Source: Eledone cirrhosa
Lineage: Eukaryota
NCBI GenBank assembly: GCA_964016885.1
Contig: OZ024761.1
Span: 19,778,001 to 19,842,000, forward strand
Length of the DNA stretch: 64,000 nt
Reading direction: 5' to 3'
Positions 24,849-37,985 of the stretch are shown here, piece by piece. Within the stretch, counting starts at the first letter, position 1. The number at the start of each line of letters is the position of its first letter. The notes beneath the pieces are model-generated. The model was not told where the DNA came from, ran no database searches, and saw nothing but the letters and a program-made list of their open reading frames with translations. The position numbers and the translations under genes are program-made.

Positions 24849-25324
24849 CTTTATTTGACATTGCTCCAGTTTACTCAACTGTAGAAATGAGATGATAGGG
24901 ACTGGGGTCTCTATCATTCCACTGCAAAGTGGTCGTGGAGGTGCCACGGCAAAAAAAGCACCCACCACTCACTGTAAAGGAGGTTGGTGTTAGGAAGGGC
25001 ATCCAGCTGTAGAAATCATGCCAGAATCAGTTCCCGTCCCACCCTTGCAAGCAGGGAAAAGCGGATGTAAAATGAAATGATGATATATATATATATATAG
25101 TAATAATAATAAATTTGAAGACTAAAATCCAAAGAGGGCTCGATAAGGATAAATATATATCAAATATATAAGAACCGTAGAGCAAATATTTATTATAATA
25201 ACAGATTAAAGTTTAAGCAAAGAATCGCTGCTTTCACCCTTAATGGGATCTTCTGAAACTTTTTTTAGTTTCAGAAGATCCCGTTAAGTAAAGAATAACA
25301 TGGTCAACGGTACAAAAAAAAAAG

Positions 25325-26437
25325 GATTCTGTGATGCCAATGACCTATTTATCTATAATACAAACTTCAGAAAACAAGACAGCCACCTAATCACATATAG
25401 ATCAGGTGACCTCGCCAGCCAAATCGATTTCATTGTTACTAGAAGACGAGACAGAGTGACTGTTAGGAACACAAAGTCCCTCCCCAGTGAAGAATGCACC
25501 TCCCAACATAACTTGGTAGTTAGCGACCTTATAGTCAGGGCTAGAAGAACTCGACAACAAAAGCCTACTTGGAGGAGACGAGTATGGAAGTTAAAAGACC
25601 CATCAAACAGTGACAAATTTAGAAGTATATTGACCGACGCCTTCGACAACAAGGAAGAGCAAATATAGACATATAATATAGAGGAGCAGTGGGAGTTCCT
25701 GAAAGATAAACCTACTGAAGGCGACAGATGAAATCTGTGGTTGGAGTAGGTCTCTTGGGAGATGGAGAGTGACTTGGTGGTGGAATAGTAAAGTAGATGA
25801 ACCAATTAAGGCCAAAAGACAGACTTGGAAAGATTGCCATAATGGGGGTAGCAGGGAAGTTTACTAGAAGGCTAGGAGAGAAGCTAGATGACAAGTTTAC
25901 CTTGCTAGAAGGGAAGCAGAAAACAAAAGATTTAAGCATGTTTTGCAGTGTGAGGATCAAAGGCGTCGGTGTTCAGCATCGCTAGACAGTGTGCCAGGGA
26001 CAATTGTGATCTCAGTGGAGAGAAGTGTGTCAGAAATGATTTTGGTGAACTTGCCCTCACTGATGCTGAAAAGAAGGTAGCATGGAAGTGCCACTAAGAA
26101 AGATTACTGAATGAGGAGAATGCATGGGATAAAGACGGTCTGTCACATGTCGACCCAACAGAGGGACCAGCTGTACAAGTTAATGGTAGTATAGTAAGTA
26201 AGGTTATCAAGGATATAAAGTGAGGCTGGGCAGCTGGACTCTCAGGGATAGTTGCTGAGATGCTGAAAACTTCAGGTATGGTGGACCACATCATAGTCTC
26301 CCGCATTGTAAACCAAGTCATAAAAAATGGTGTCATACGCAATGACTGGTGTAGCAGCAGCATCGTAAACTGCTATAAGGACAAAGGTGATGCTCTAGAT
26401 AGAGAAAACTATAGAGGCATTAAGTTGGTTGACCAGG
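25325..26437 (+). mobile_element. Degraded RTE LINE fragment: C-terminus of APE endonuclease, linker and start of RT
   Basis: NTNFRKQDSHLITYRSG..SQIDFIV..SQHNLVVSD, then [32 protein letters not shown]; frameshifts and stops present. Confidence 0.88.
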
Positions 26438-26632
26438 TATATATGTATATGTGTGTGTATGTATATATGTGTGTACGTGTGCATGATTATATTTATGTAT
26501 CCGCTGTGCAAGGGCGAGAAGTTTTACAAATAAGCTTTGACGTACCCTATTAAAATGCAACCATTGTTTTTGGAAGTCATCCGGATGACTTCCAAAAACA
26601 ATGGTTGCATTTTGTAAAACTGTTATATATTG

Positions 26633-26697
26633 TATTTTGTCTGATGAAGGCATACCATAATTTAATTTGGTATCCCTGAAATATGTATAATGAAATA
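26633..26697 (+). ncRNA. Minimal hammerhead motif; mutated homolog at 3135-3189(-)
   Basis: TATTTTGT-CTGATGA-AGGCATACC[12 nt]GGTATCCCT-GAAA-TATGTA-TA-ATGAAATA; stem I 8 bp including 2 G-U pairs, stem II 8 of 9 paired. Confidence 0.68.
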
Positions 26698-26825
26698 AAT
26701 ATGGTTTTATAAATATAGTTTCCATTTATTAATATCGTATATCTACTCCAAATACTTGTCGAGTGCTTTATATCAGTTATAAAAATATTTACTTGTTGTA
26801 TCCCAACAATTTTAAATAGAACTTT

Positions 26826-26884
<59 letters not shown>

Positions 26885-26889
<5 letters not shown>

Positions 26890-27097
26890 GAAGTGCTTAG
26901 AAATGCCAGTAGAAGGAAGACGCAGTAAAGGTAGACCACGAAAAACATGGGCGGAGGTGGTGAGAGCAGACCTCAGATCGCTGAAGCTCACGGAGGAGAT
27001 GACGAAGGGCCGTGACATGTGGAGAGATGCTGTGCTGAATAGAACCCGTCCCACCCTTGCAAGCAGGGAAAAGCGGACGTAAAATGATGATGATGAT
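26885..27097 (+). mobile_element. RTE family 1, 3' end fragment
   Basis: KKC..GRPRKTWAEVVRADLRSLKLT..TRPTLASREKRT* followed by (GAT)n. Confidence 0.9.
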
Positions 27098-27117
27098 ATA
27101 TATTTGACCTCTTCATC

Positions 27118-27166
<49 letters not shown>

Positions 27167-27556
27167 AGATGAAGAGGTCAAATAAGTGTTATGCTCATCC
27201 AAAATTCTAAGAGAAACAGGTTACTCCTTATCCTGTAGTTGTAGTAGTAGTAGTAGTGGTATTGTTGGTAGTAGTAGTAGTCGTAGTAGTAGTGGTGGTG
27301 GTGGTAGTAGTAGTAGTGTTGGTAGTAGGAGCAGTGGTGTTGGTAGTGGTAGTAGTATTGGTGGGAGTAGTGGTGGAGGTAGTAGTGGTAGTGGTGGTAG
27401 TAATAGTGGTGTTAGTAGTGGTAGTGGTGATAATGGCAGTAGTAGTAGTAGTGGTAGTGGTGGTAGTAGTAGTATTGGTGGTGGTAGTAGTAGTTATTGT
27501 TTGTTTATCGTGTATTTCGACCCATTCTCATCTATTTATGTAAACATATATGTTTG

Positions 27557-27597
<41 letters not shown>

Positions 27598-27637
27598 TCG
27601 TGAGTGTATATATGTATTTCAACGTGTACATATATAT

Positions 27638-27679
<42 letters not shown>

Positions 27680-27684
27680 CTTCA

Positions 27685-27716
<32 letters not shown>

Positions 27717-27904
27717 CATGTGTGTTTGCGTATATGCTGTTGTATTTGTGTGTGTGAAAGTATGAGAAAAAATGGAGGCTAGAGAATCGCTGAATTTTTG
27801 ATGACGTAAGCAATAAATTGACCAATCAACTACGACTGGCGCAGCATAGTTAGCTGAGCGAAACACCTACACATTCCATGTTGTGTTGTTTGTTGTAGTA
27901 AAGT

Positions 27905-28570
27905 GTCAATGGTGGTGTTAGTGGTGGTGGCGGTGGTGGTGGATTTGTTGGTGGAGTTAGTGGTGGTGGCGGTGGTGGATTTGTTGGTGGAGTTAGTGGT
28001 GGTGGTGGTGGTGGTGGTGGTGTTAGTGGTGGTGGTGGTGGTGGTAATAGTGGTGGTGGTGGTGGTGGTGGTGGTGGATTTGTTGGTGGAGTTAGTGGTG
28101 GTGGTGGTGGTGGTGGTGTTAATGGCAGTGGTGGTGGTGTTAATGGCAGTGGTGGTGGAGTTAGTGGTGGTGGTGCTGGTGGTAATGGTAGTAGTGGTGG
28201 TGGTGTTAATGGCAGTGGTGGTGCTGGTGGTAATAGTGGTGGTGGTGGTGGTGTTAATGGTAGTAGTGGTGGTGGTGTTAATGGCAGTGGTGGTGGAGTT
28301 AGTGGTGGTGGTGCTGGTGGTAATAGTGGTGGTGGTGTTAATGGTAGTAGTGGTGGTGGTGTTAATGGTAGTGGTGGTGGTGTTGGTGGTAATAGAGGTG
28401 GAGGTGGTGGTGGTGGTAATAGTGGTGGTGGTGTTAATGGTAGTAGTGGTGGTGGTGTTAATGGTAGTGGTGGTGGTGTTGGTGGTAATAGAGGTGGAGG
28501 TGGTGGTCGTGGTGTTAATGGTGGTGGTGGTGGTGGTGGTGGTGTTAATGTTAATGGTAGTGGTGGTTAT
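27905..28570. repeat. (GGT/GAT/AGT)n trinucleotide low-complexity tract; similar at 3635-4000, 27235-27495, 33678-34140, 34995-35230, 37060-37318, 53430-53845 and 57113-57496
   Basis: Direct reading. Confidence 0.95.
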
Positions 28571-28949
28571 GGGTTTCTAAGAATTAAGCTAGTGTGAGAA
28601 ACATAACTTAACAAAGATTCTTATATAAAATTATAATTGAAGGTTTCTATATATCTAAATATAAACAATTTAAAGCAAACAGTTTTGTATTGTTAGAACC
28701 AGGTGATTTGGTGTTTGGAACATAACTTAACAGAGATTGTGATATAAAATTATGATGGAAGTTTTTTTTTTAGATATAGATAATTAATATAAACACTTGA
28801 AAGCAAACAGTTTTGCATTGTAGAATCAGGAGTGGTTTCTGGTTAAGTTGGTGTTTGGAACATAACTTAACAAAGGTTCTTATATAAAATTATGATGGAA
28901 GGTTTTTTTTAGATATAAATAATTGATATATAATAATAATAATAATGAT

Positions 28950-29270
28950 ATTATTATTTACAGTGCTCAGGTGCACTACAACTCATTAAAGGTGCTTGTA
29001 TAGTGAATAGTGTATGAGTCATGATATACATGTGTGCGTGTGTATGGAAGGGGAATATTAGGTGTAGTGTTGGCAAATCTCAGGAAGCATGGAGGTTTTA
29101 AAGGATGCAGTGTCTCGACAGCTAACAACTGATGCAGGTAGTTTGTTCCATGCTTCAGCAACTCTGAGCATGAAAAAATGTTTCCGAAAGTTATGGGAGC
29201 TGTGCTGTTTTCTGACTTTGTTGGCATGCTCACGTGTGTTAGACACATGGAAATCAAGGTGTTAGACACA
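28950..29270 (-). mobile_element. CR1-like LINE 3' end
   Basis: KVRKQHSSHNFRKHFFMLRVAEAWNKLPASVVSCRDTASFK, the CR1 C-terminal FF..RV...WN.LP..VV pattern. Confidence 0.78.
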
Positions 29271-29867
29271 TGGAAATCAAGGTGGTAGACACATGGAAAT
29301 CAACACTTTATAGCAAACAGTTTTGTATTGTAGAACCAGGAGTGGTTTCTGGTTAAGTTGGTGTTTGGAGCATAACTTAACAAAGGTTCTTATATAAAAT
29401 TATGATGGAAGGTTGTTGGATATAAATATAAACACGTTAAGATAAACAGTTTTGTATTGTTAAAACCAAGAGTGGTTTCAGGTGCTTTAGTGTAAAAACC
29501 TTTCACACCAGCACCTGGTCCTTGGGTGACTTTAATAGAATTCTTTCTGTTGCAAGCATTAGGGCCTTGTCTGCAGTTTGAGAGTAGCTCTTTCGGAAAC
29601 ACTGAAAACTTAGAGGGTCATGGATGCTTCTCCCCACCTCTCTCTCTCTCACTAAGTAGTAAAACAACAACAACAGCAAGATCGAATGTTTACTAGATCA
29701 GGACTGTGCTGGGCCTAAACAAGCAGAATCGCACACCCAGAGGAAATAACCTCTCATACACAAGAACAGACATCATTTATGATGTGGTGTGTGGTGTAGT
29801 GTGGTGTGTGGTGTGGTGTGGAGTGGTGTATGGTGTGGTGTGTGGTGTGTGTATGATGTGTGTATTA

Positions 29868-30280
29868 TTGGATGCACAAAAGTTGTAGTAGGATAACAGG
29901 TAGACTAACAGGAAGGGAGAACTTTGTATGTAGAAGATGCACAAGTGTAATGGAGAGGAAGAGGGCCAATGTTATAAATCTTTTCCAGTCACAGGAAGGG
30001 TCCATAGACATGGTTGATAGCTTCTGCTATCTAGGTGACCTAATTAGCTAGAATAAGGATAGGATGGAAGAAGTTTAGAAAACTACTCCCACTGTTGACA
30101 ACAAAAGATATCTCTCTGCAAATAAAAGGAAAGCTCTGTTTGATGTCTGTATGCAGTGTGCAATGCTGCATGGTAGTGAAACAAGTGCTGTGACTGCAGA
30201 GGACATGCGTAGACTTGAGAGAAATGAAGCACCTATACTTTATTGGATGTGCAATGTAAGTGTGAGAGAAAGGCAGAGCT
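29868..30280 (+). mobile_element. Degraded RTE fragment including the C-terminal half of the PHD finger
   Basis: WMHKSCSRITGRLTGRENFVCRRC..VDSFCYLGD..GWKKFRKLLPLLT..MLHGSE. Confidence 0.85.
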
Positions 30281-30293
30281 TGGACCTCAGTTA

Positions 30294-30325
<32 letters not shown>

Positions 30326-30575
30326 TATATATCATCATCATCATCATCATCATCGTTTAACGTCCATGTTCCACGCTTGCATGGGTTTGGACGGGAGTTT
30401 TCCCACTTGAGGCAAGAGTGGTTGTCTTGCTCGCATAGGACTGTCTGGCGGGTTTTCTACAGCTGGATGCCCTTCCTAACACCAACCACATTTACAGTGT
30501 GGGACTGGGAGGTTTTTACCGTGTTGCCTACACGGCCACATTACAGCGTGGACTGTGTGTTTTTTTGTCGTGACA

Positions 30576-30666
<91 letters not shown>

Positions 30667-31452
30667 AGATCAAAAGATGGTTAAAAGAGTTCCATGTATT
30701 TTATTATGCGCATTTCAAAAACAAATATCATCATGCGATGACATTTGCTTTTCGTCAGATAAAATAGGGAGACATGATATGAAGGTTAAAAAACACTTGT
30801 GAATAGTGCAGTTTTAAATCAACATATGAAAAGTAGTTTAAGATTGATGTATGATATTGGGAAAAAAATGAGGGGGGGGGGGATGAAAAAGAGGAGTATA
30901 ATATGGAAGGATGAGATAGGAGGAGAGATGCTACTTATCCGATATCTGCATTGCTTTATTGTACTACAATAAAACTCACCTCCTACACATATATATATAT
31001 ATATATATATAGATATATATATATATATGCAAAGTTATGTTGGTGCCATAACATCCAGGCCGAAACAAATGAGATCATGTAGGTGTCACGACAAAAAAAA
31101 CACAGTCCACGCTGTAATGTGGCCGTGTAGGCAACACGGTAAAAACCTCCCAGTCACACACTGTAAATGTGGTTGGTGTTAGGAAGGGCATCCAGCTGTA
31201 GAAAACACGCCAGACAGTCCACGCTGTAATGTGGCCGTGTAGGCAACACGGTAAAAACCTCCCAGCCCCACACTGTAAATCTGGTTGGTGTTAGGAAGGG
31301 CATCCAGCTGTAGAAAACCCGCCAGACAGTCCTATGCGAGCAAGACAACCACTCTTGCCTCAAGTGGGAAAACCCCCGTCCAAACCCATGCAAGCGTGGA
31401 ACAGGGACGTTAAACGATGATGATGATGATGATGATGATGATGATATATATA

Positions 31453-31745
31453 TTGTAAAATTCTTTAGGTTTTGATGCAGAATATGAATCCAACTCATTT
31501 TTAACCCCTTCTTTTGATGTCAACCTAAGACCATCCAAATGGTTCTGTAGTCCCTGAAACAAGTGATAATCAGAAGGGGCAAGGTCAGGAGAATATGGAG
31601 GATGAAGCAATATTGCCCAACTAAGCTCTTCCAAGAGATCTTTGGTCAGTCAAGATATGTAAGGACGAGCATTATCATGATGGAAGATATCACCCTTTCT
31701 ATTGACTAAGGAGGGTCGCTTTCGGTTCAAAGCGGTGTTCAAACA
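31453..31745 (-). mobile_element. Mariner transposase remnant
   Basis: RPSLVNRKGDIFHHDNARP..LLHPPYSPDLAPSDYHLF (mariner HDNA and YSPDLAPSD motifs), with an in-frame stop. Confidence 0.9.
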
Positions 31746-31786
31746 ACAGTAGAGATTAGCGGTAATTGTTAGTCTAACAGTTCGTA

Positions 31787-32298
31787 ATGAGGCGTATGAA
31801 ATATGACAGCTGCATAAAAAGGTTCAGAGCACTAAAAGTCGATGGAAGCCTTGGAGTGGGGAGACCCAAGAAGACCTGGGATGAGGTGATAAAAGCTGAC
31901 GTTGCCCAATTGCACCTCTCAAAGGCATTGACACAGGGCCGAGGCCTCTGGCGTTACACAGTAATACAGAAGACCCGACTTCCCACGGGTACAAGCTGAA
32001 GCATATAGACAATATGCCCCACCCCCTTCCACTGCAAAGTGGTCGTGGAGGTGTCACAACAAAAAAGCACCCAGTCCATTCTATAAAGTGGTCGTGTAGG
32101 TGCCATGGTAAAAAAAGCACCCAGTACTCACTGTAAATGAGGTTGGTGTTGGGAAGGGCATCCAACTGTAGAAATCAAGCTAAAATCAGTTCCCGTATGA
32201 GCAAGACATGGTCACCCGACTTGGCATTGCCCACAACAGGACAACCCGTCTAACCCATGTTAGCGTGGGAGAATGGACGTAAAACGGTAATGATGATA
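31787..32298 (+). mobile_element. RTE family 2, 3' end. Related pieces at about 955-1230, 8495-8975, 8990-9710(-), 10921-11305(-), 15790-16040(-), 20808-21163, 30333-30580(-), 31030-31445, 32780-32990(-), 34311-34497(-), 50308-50705 and 58120-58315
   Basis: MRRMKYDSCIKR..GRPKKTWDE..QKTRLPTGTS*, then the same 3'UTR ending AACCCAT(G/T)CTAGC.TGG..GGACGTAAAAC(GAT)n. Confidence 0.85.
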
Positions 32299-35200
32299 TA
32301 TATATATCCCCAAATATTCAAGGTCCATGGGTAATCTGCTGGCTGGACAGGATGGTAAATAGAGCAGTCACAAGGTGTAGGTAAATATCCGGTCTGTCTC
32401 TCCACTGTCAATCTTGTCTTTATATTGTCTTCCTAAAGAATGGCTTAAGCCCAACAAGACAAACTTTATTTCCTCTTTCTAATATAAAGCGTGAAACTAA
32501 TAAGACTTTTTGTACCTCGTTTTTTCACTGTTTTTCTTCTTTTTCTTCCCTTTTCCCTTCTGTTATATATTTTCTCTCTCTCTCCCTTTTTTCTTCCCCA
32601 ATAACTTCCTTTAGTTATTGACGCACTGGGGTTAGATATCTTTAATGCGTAGAAACATCCAAGGTCCCCAGCAGACAACTGATGAAGGAAAATGTTCTCC
32701 CGTTCGTGCTTTCCTCTGATTTATAAGTACACCTTATCCAGCAACTACACAGCCCCTGTTTCTTCTTCATATATATATAATCATCATCATCATCATTATC
32801 ATCGTCATCATTGTTTAATGTACATCTTCCATGCTAGCATGGGTTAGGCGGGTTTGTCCCCACTTGAGGCAAGATTGGTTGGATAACTGTGCCTCGCTCG
32901 TATAGAACTGTATCTGGCTGGTTTTCTACAGTTGGATGCCCTTCCAACCACATTTACAGTGTGGACTGGGAGCCTTTTTTACCGTGTCTCCCCGCAAGGT
33001 TAGCTTTGCCTTTCATCCTTATGGGGGTCGATAAAATAAAGTACCAGTAATGCACTGGGGTAATTGCTGGCCTTGTGCCAAAAGTAGAAACAATTATTAT
33101 TATTATTAGGGCGATGGATTGGCAATCTCGGTAGAGGGTCGGACACCCTGCTTAGCAGCAAAGAGGTATGGCCCTTTACAGTTTGAGTTCAAATCCTGCC
33201 AAGATTAACTTTGCCTTTCATCCTTACAGGGTCGATAAAATAAAGTACCAGTAATGCACTGGGGGGTAATTGCTGGCCTTATGCCAAAAGTAGAAACAAT
33301 TATTAAAGATAGAATAAATAATTAGATTAACACATTTTTTTTTTTTTTAAATATATTTTTTGCTAAATCATTGCAGGATGTCGAGGGTTAACAAAGATAC
33401 TTGTATAAAATCATGGTGGAAGTTTTTTGTTTTTCTTTTTAAATGAATATAAACGTTTTTAAGATAAACAATTTTAAATCACAAAACCCAGGGCATTGAA
33501 AAGGTTAAGCCAAATAGTTCTGAAGTTGTCTGGGGCACATTGCACATGTGTTATCTATAATAGAAGCATGTAGCATGTAGGGAAGAAGGAAAAAAAAAGA
33601 TGTAGATGGGGGGGGGGGGTCCGTGTGGTGTACAGCACAACCTGAACAACAGGGTTTGAGTTCACTGTCATAGGTTCTGATGATGATGGTGGTGGTGGTT
33701 ATGATGCTAATGATGATGGTTATGGTAATGATGATGGTGGCAGTGACATTGATGATGGTAATAGTGGTGGTGATGATGGTTATGGTGTTGTTGATGATGG
33801 TTATGGTGTTGATGATGATGGTTATGGTGTTGATGATGATGGTTATGGTGTTGATGATGATGGTTATGGTGTTGATGATGATGGTTTATGGTGGTGATGA
33901 TGATGGTTATGGTGGTGATGATGGTTATGATGGTGATGGTGGAGGTTTTGATGGTGATGATGGTCATGGTGATGGTGATGATGGTTATGGTGATGGTGAT
34001 GATAGTGGTGGTTATGATGGTGATGATGGTTTTGGTGGTGGTGATGATGGTTACGGTGATGATGATGGTGGTGGCGGTGTCATTGATGATGGGGGTGGTG
34101 ATAATGATAATGGTAATGGTGGTGGTGGTGGTGGTGGTGGTAAGGTCACTCTTCAGCGCTACAGGTAACATGTAACCCATTTCAACCTGTGTGTGGTCGG
34201 GTTGTCGGCGACTAAACTAGCAACCCCACCAAGCTTGAGTGGACACCCTGCAGGATGAAAAACAAAACACATCAAAGGGTGGAGGAACTCAGGAAAGTCA
34301 ACAGCCATCCATCATCATCATCATCATCATCACCGTTTTACATCCGTTCTTCCACGCTAGCATGGGTTAGACGCGTTGTCCTGTTGTGGGCAGTGTCTGG
34401 TCGGCTGACCATGCCTTGCTCATACAGGAACTGATTTTGACTTGATTTCTACAGCTGGATGCCCTTCCTAACACCAACCTCATTTACAGTGAGTGCTGTA
34501 ATAAAGTATTTTTTTATGTATGGAGCGAGAGACTTCCTAGTCTTCATTAAGACATCTCTCTAGGAGGAGGTCACTCTGATGTGAAACCTGCAACTTTGAT
34601 TGCATCCAATGATCTAGACCAGTTCTTCTTTTTGGATAAATGCATTCGACATTTGGAGAGTGAGACTGGCTCCATGCAAAGCCTTTCCTCACTTAAATAA
34701 ACTTCAAACACAGGCATCGCTTGATATGTGACATTTTTTGCAATGCATGGTATTGCTGGCCATAGGCAAGCCCCTAGCAGGACTAAAAAGCCACATTCAT
34801 GATGCTCATGCTTAAGTATCAAGCGATGACATCACTTGAAATCAAGTTCCAGCCATCATCATCATATGTATGTACGTAGGTGTTGTTTAGGTCTTCAGAG
34901 AAGAAACCCACTATATACATCATAAACATTATTTAATTGTATTTATTCTCTACATTTGACACTGTAAACATTTGTGAACAGCATCAGGACACCACCATGA
35001 CTACTACTACTACCACCACTACCACTACTACTACTACTACTACTAGCCCCACCATTGCCACAACTACCACTGTCACCATCACTACCAAACCACCACAATC
35101 ATATCATCATCAACCACTATTACCACCACTACTAGCACCACCACCACAGCAACAACAACCACCACCACTGCCACAACTACCACCATAATCACCACTACCA

Positions 35201-35633
35201 CTACCAACACCACCAACACCATCACCAAACCTCCTACCTCTCATCCACATTCACCAAACTACCATTTCATAATTATGCCACTTCACTGCACCCTCCGGCT
35301 TCCTCCAATATTCACCACCACCATACCACCCCCACCTTTACTTTCCACATCACCATTTCATGATCAAATACCACCGTTGCCACCACCATGGCGAATATAT
35401 CATCATCATCATCATCATCATCATTTTTACGTCCACTTTTCCCTGCTTGCAAAGGTGGGACGGGAACTGATGGTGGCTTGATTTCTACAGCTGGATGCCC
35501 TTCCTAACCCCAACCTCATTTACAGTGAGTGCAGGGTGCTTTTTTTTCCGTGGCACCTCCACGTCCACTTTACAGTGTGGGCTGGGTGCTTGTTTTTGCC
35601 GTGGCACCTCCACGACCACACATATATATGTCA

Positions 35634-35960
35634 GGTCACTCTCAAGTGCTACTGGTAACATGTAACCCAGTGCAACCTGTTTCATGGTCGGGGGGTCATC
35701 GGCGACTAAACCGGCAGCCCGGCCAAGCTTGCTTGGTGAGGAGGGTCATACTTGGACACCCTGTGGGATGAAATACAAGACCCGGTAAAGGGTGGAGGAA
35801 CTCAACAGAGTCAACAGCCATTGAAATAGTAGTTTTCTTTTGTTTTTTTTTTCACCTGGGAGGGAAAAGCCCTCAGCTGTTGTCACAACACCTTTCTAGG
35901 AGAGGGAAACTCTGAAAAAAAACCTGCGGCTTCAGAAGCATCCGATGATGTTGACTAGTA
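35634..35960 (+). mobile_element. 5' region of an RTE-type element (second copy 34144-34630, fragment 12540-12660)
   Basis: Two copies begin at the same GGTCACT, and both contain TCTAGGAG..ACTCTGA..AAACC, which resembles an RTE 5'UTR motif. Confidence 0.6.
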
Positions 35961-36756
35961 CAATGTTTTCATGGAATTAAAACTTTAAAGACTGTTTCCA
36001 GTTTGGGTCATCTGTTGTTTTTCACCCTTTAGCATTTAAATCAGCCATATCCGACCAGAATTCTCTCATCTCTTTCTGTTCAAACCAGCTGTAACCAGCC
36101 ACTAATACTGATGTTAAGGTATTGTTCTCAAAATAAATAATATCAAAATTTTATAGATTCGATATTATGTAAGATAATTAAGTGAGGTGAAGCCTTTATC
36201 GTGAAAATATAATAGTATATATAGAGAGTAATCTAAATGCTATAGGGTTAAATAAATACAGGTAAAATTCCGTTTTAACGAATACCATTATAACAAATTT
36301 TTCACTATAACAAAACGTTTTTCAATCCCTGAGGTAATAACAAACAAACGCTCAATTTGTTTTGGTTGATCTCGTTAGAAAGAATTTTTTGTTACAACAT
36401 ATTTTTTTTATACCCCATGAATTTCATGTGGTATATGCCACCAGTTCTTGGAGAAAACAATACCATGCTTCGGGACAGGGTATATCAAAGGACCGAAATA
36501 ACGGAGGTAAACTTTGTTCCATCATTATGTTGTTCTGTTTTTTCTGTTCAAATTTTAGCTGCCTGATGAGGTCATATCTGTTGGATAATGGTTAACAGCG
36601 AATATGAATAAACAAAGTTAATTTTAACCTGTTGATATACACTCCCTGTTTTTATATATGTGTATATATATGTATATATATATATCATCATCGTTTTACA
36701 TCCGCTTTTCCTTGCTTGCAACAAGTATATTAGTACCAAAAATTATGAGCATAACA

Positions 36757-36793
<37 letters not shown>

Positions 36794-36951
36794 TATATAT
36801 ATATATAGAGGTAGATATATATATGCATATATATATATATATATACATATATATGTGTGTGTGTGTATATATATATATGCATATACATATATATATATAT
36901 ATGCATATTTATAAATGCATATACATATATATATATTATATGTATATATAC

Positions 36952-36999
<48 letters not shown>

Positions 37000-37734
37000 A
37001 GATAGGGAGATAGGAGAGAGTCAATCGGTACATTTGAATTGATAAACAGTTCTTATCAGTTAAAATGGCTTGACATGGTGGAGCAGTGGTGTGTGGTGTG
37101 TAATTAATGATAATGGGGGTGGTGGGGATGGTGGCAGTGTGTGGTGTGTGTGTGATTAATGATAATGGTGGTAGAGGTGGTGGGGGAAATGATAGTGGCA
37201 GTGGCGGTGGTAGTGTAGTGATAGTGGTGGAGTAGTGAGAGTGCTGGTGGTGGTGGGGTAGAGTGGCAGTGGTGGTGGTGGTGGTGGTAGGGTAGAGTGG
37301 TGGTGGTGGTGGTGATCTGCAATGTGTCTTGGTCAGACATGCTATATCTAAGACAAAAGACAGCACTTTTACAGAATTTCCTCTGAGCTCTGTTTAAAAT
37401 TCCTTGAAATCTTACTAAGGTCAACAGTTTTCTTTGAAATCAATACAGTGCTGTGGAAGAAGGGAAAATAGCAGAGTCATTATGGCGTTGGATAGAAAAT
37501 GCCTCAAGGCTTGTATTTATCCATTTGTTCTGTCTCTCTGTGCTCGCTCAGTTCAAACCCTGCCGAGGTCAACTTTTCTTGTCAGCATTTCGAAGTTGGC
37601 AAATAAAGTACTAGTTTAGTACGGGAGTTGATTCTTCCTCCTCTCTTTCTGTCTCACTTCCTTTTCTGGAAGAAATCAGCTGTGTTCCGATTTGGAGAGG
37701 GAAGAGCTTTCTTTTTCACCGCCTTTCTATCATC

Positions 37735-37985
37735 ATCATCGTTTTTACGTCTGATTTCTTTTTTTTCAACACTTACATAGTTTGGATGGGTCCTTTTCAG
37801 CACAGTATCCGTCCAATCACCGTGTTCCTTCGTCATATCCTCTGTGAATCTTAGCGATTTGAGGTCAGCTCTCACTCCCTGTCCAGTTCTTCTTTGGGTC
37901 TTGTCTTCCTCTACTGTCGTTTCTGTCCACCATGATTTTCTGGCACTTCTTCACCCAGCAATCATCATCCATCTGCATCACATGT
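37735..37985 (-). mobile_element. Degraded RTE 3' end (another fragment at 60862-61050, plus strand)
   Basis: GHVMQMDDDCWVKKCQ..RADLKSLRFTEDMT.., followed by a (GAT)n tail. Confidence 0.75.

Noticed and set aside
27903-28580. Poly-Val/Met, Gly/Ser, Thr or His ORFs (also 3603-3998, 27186-27782, 33680-34180 and 57018-57536)
   Set aside because: Trinucleotide low-complexity tracts with no splice or domain support.
32426-32700. Hammerhead-like fragments CTAAAGA..GGCTTAAGCC and CTGATGAAGG
   Set aside because: The GAAA and stem III parts are missing, so a complete motif cannot be built.
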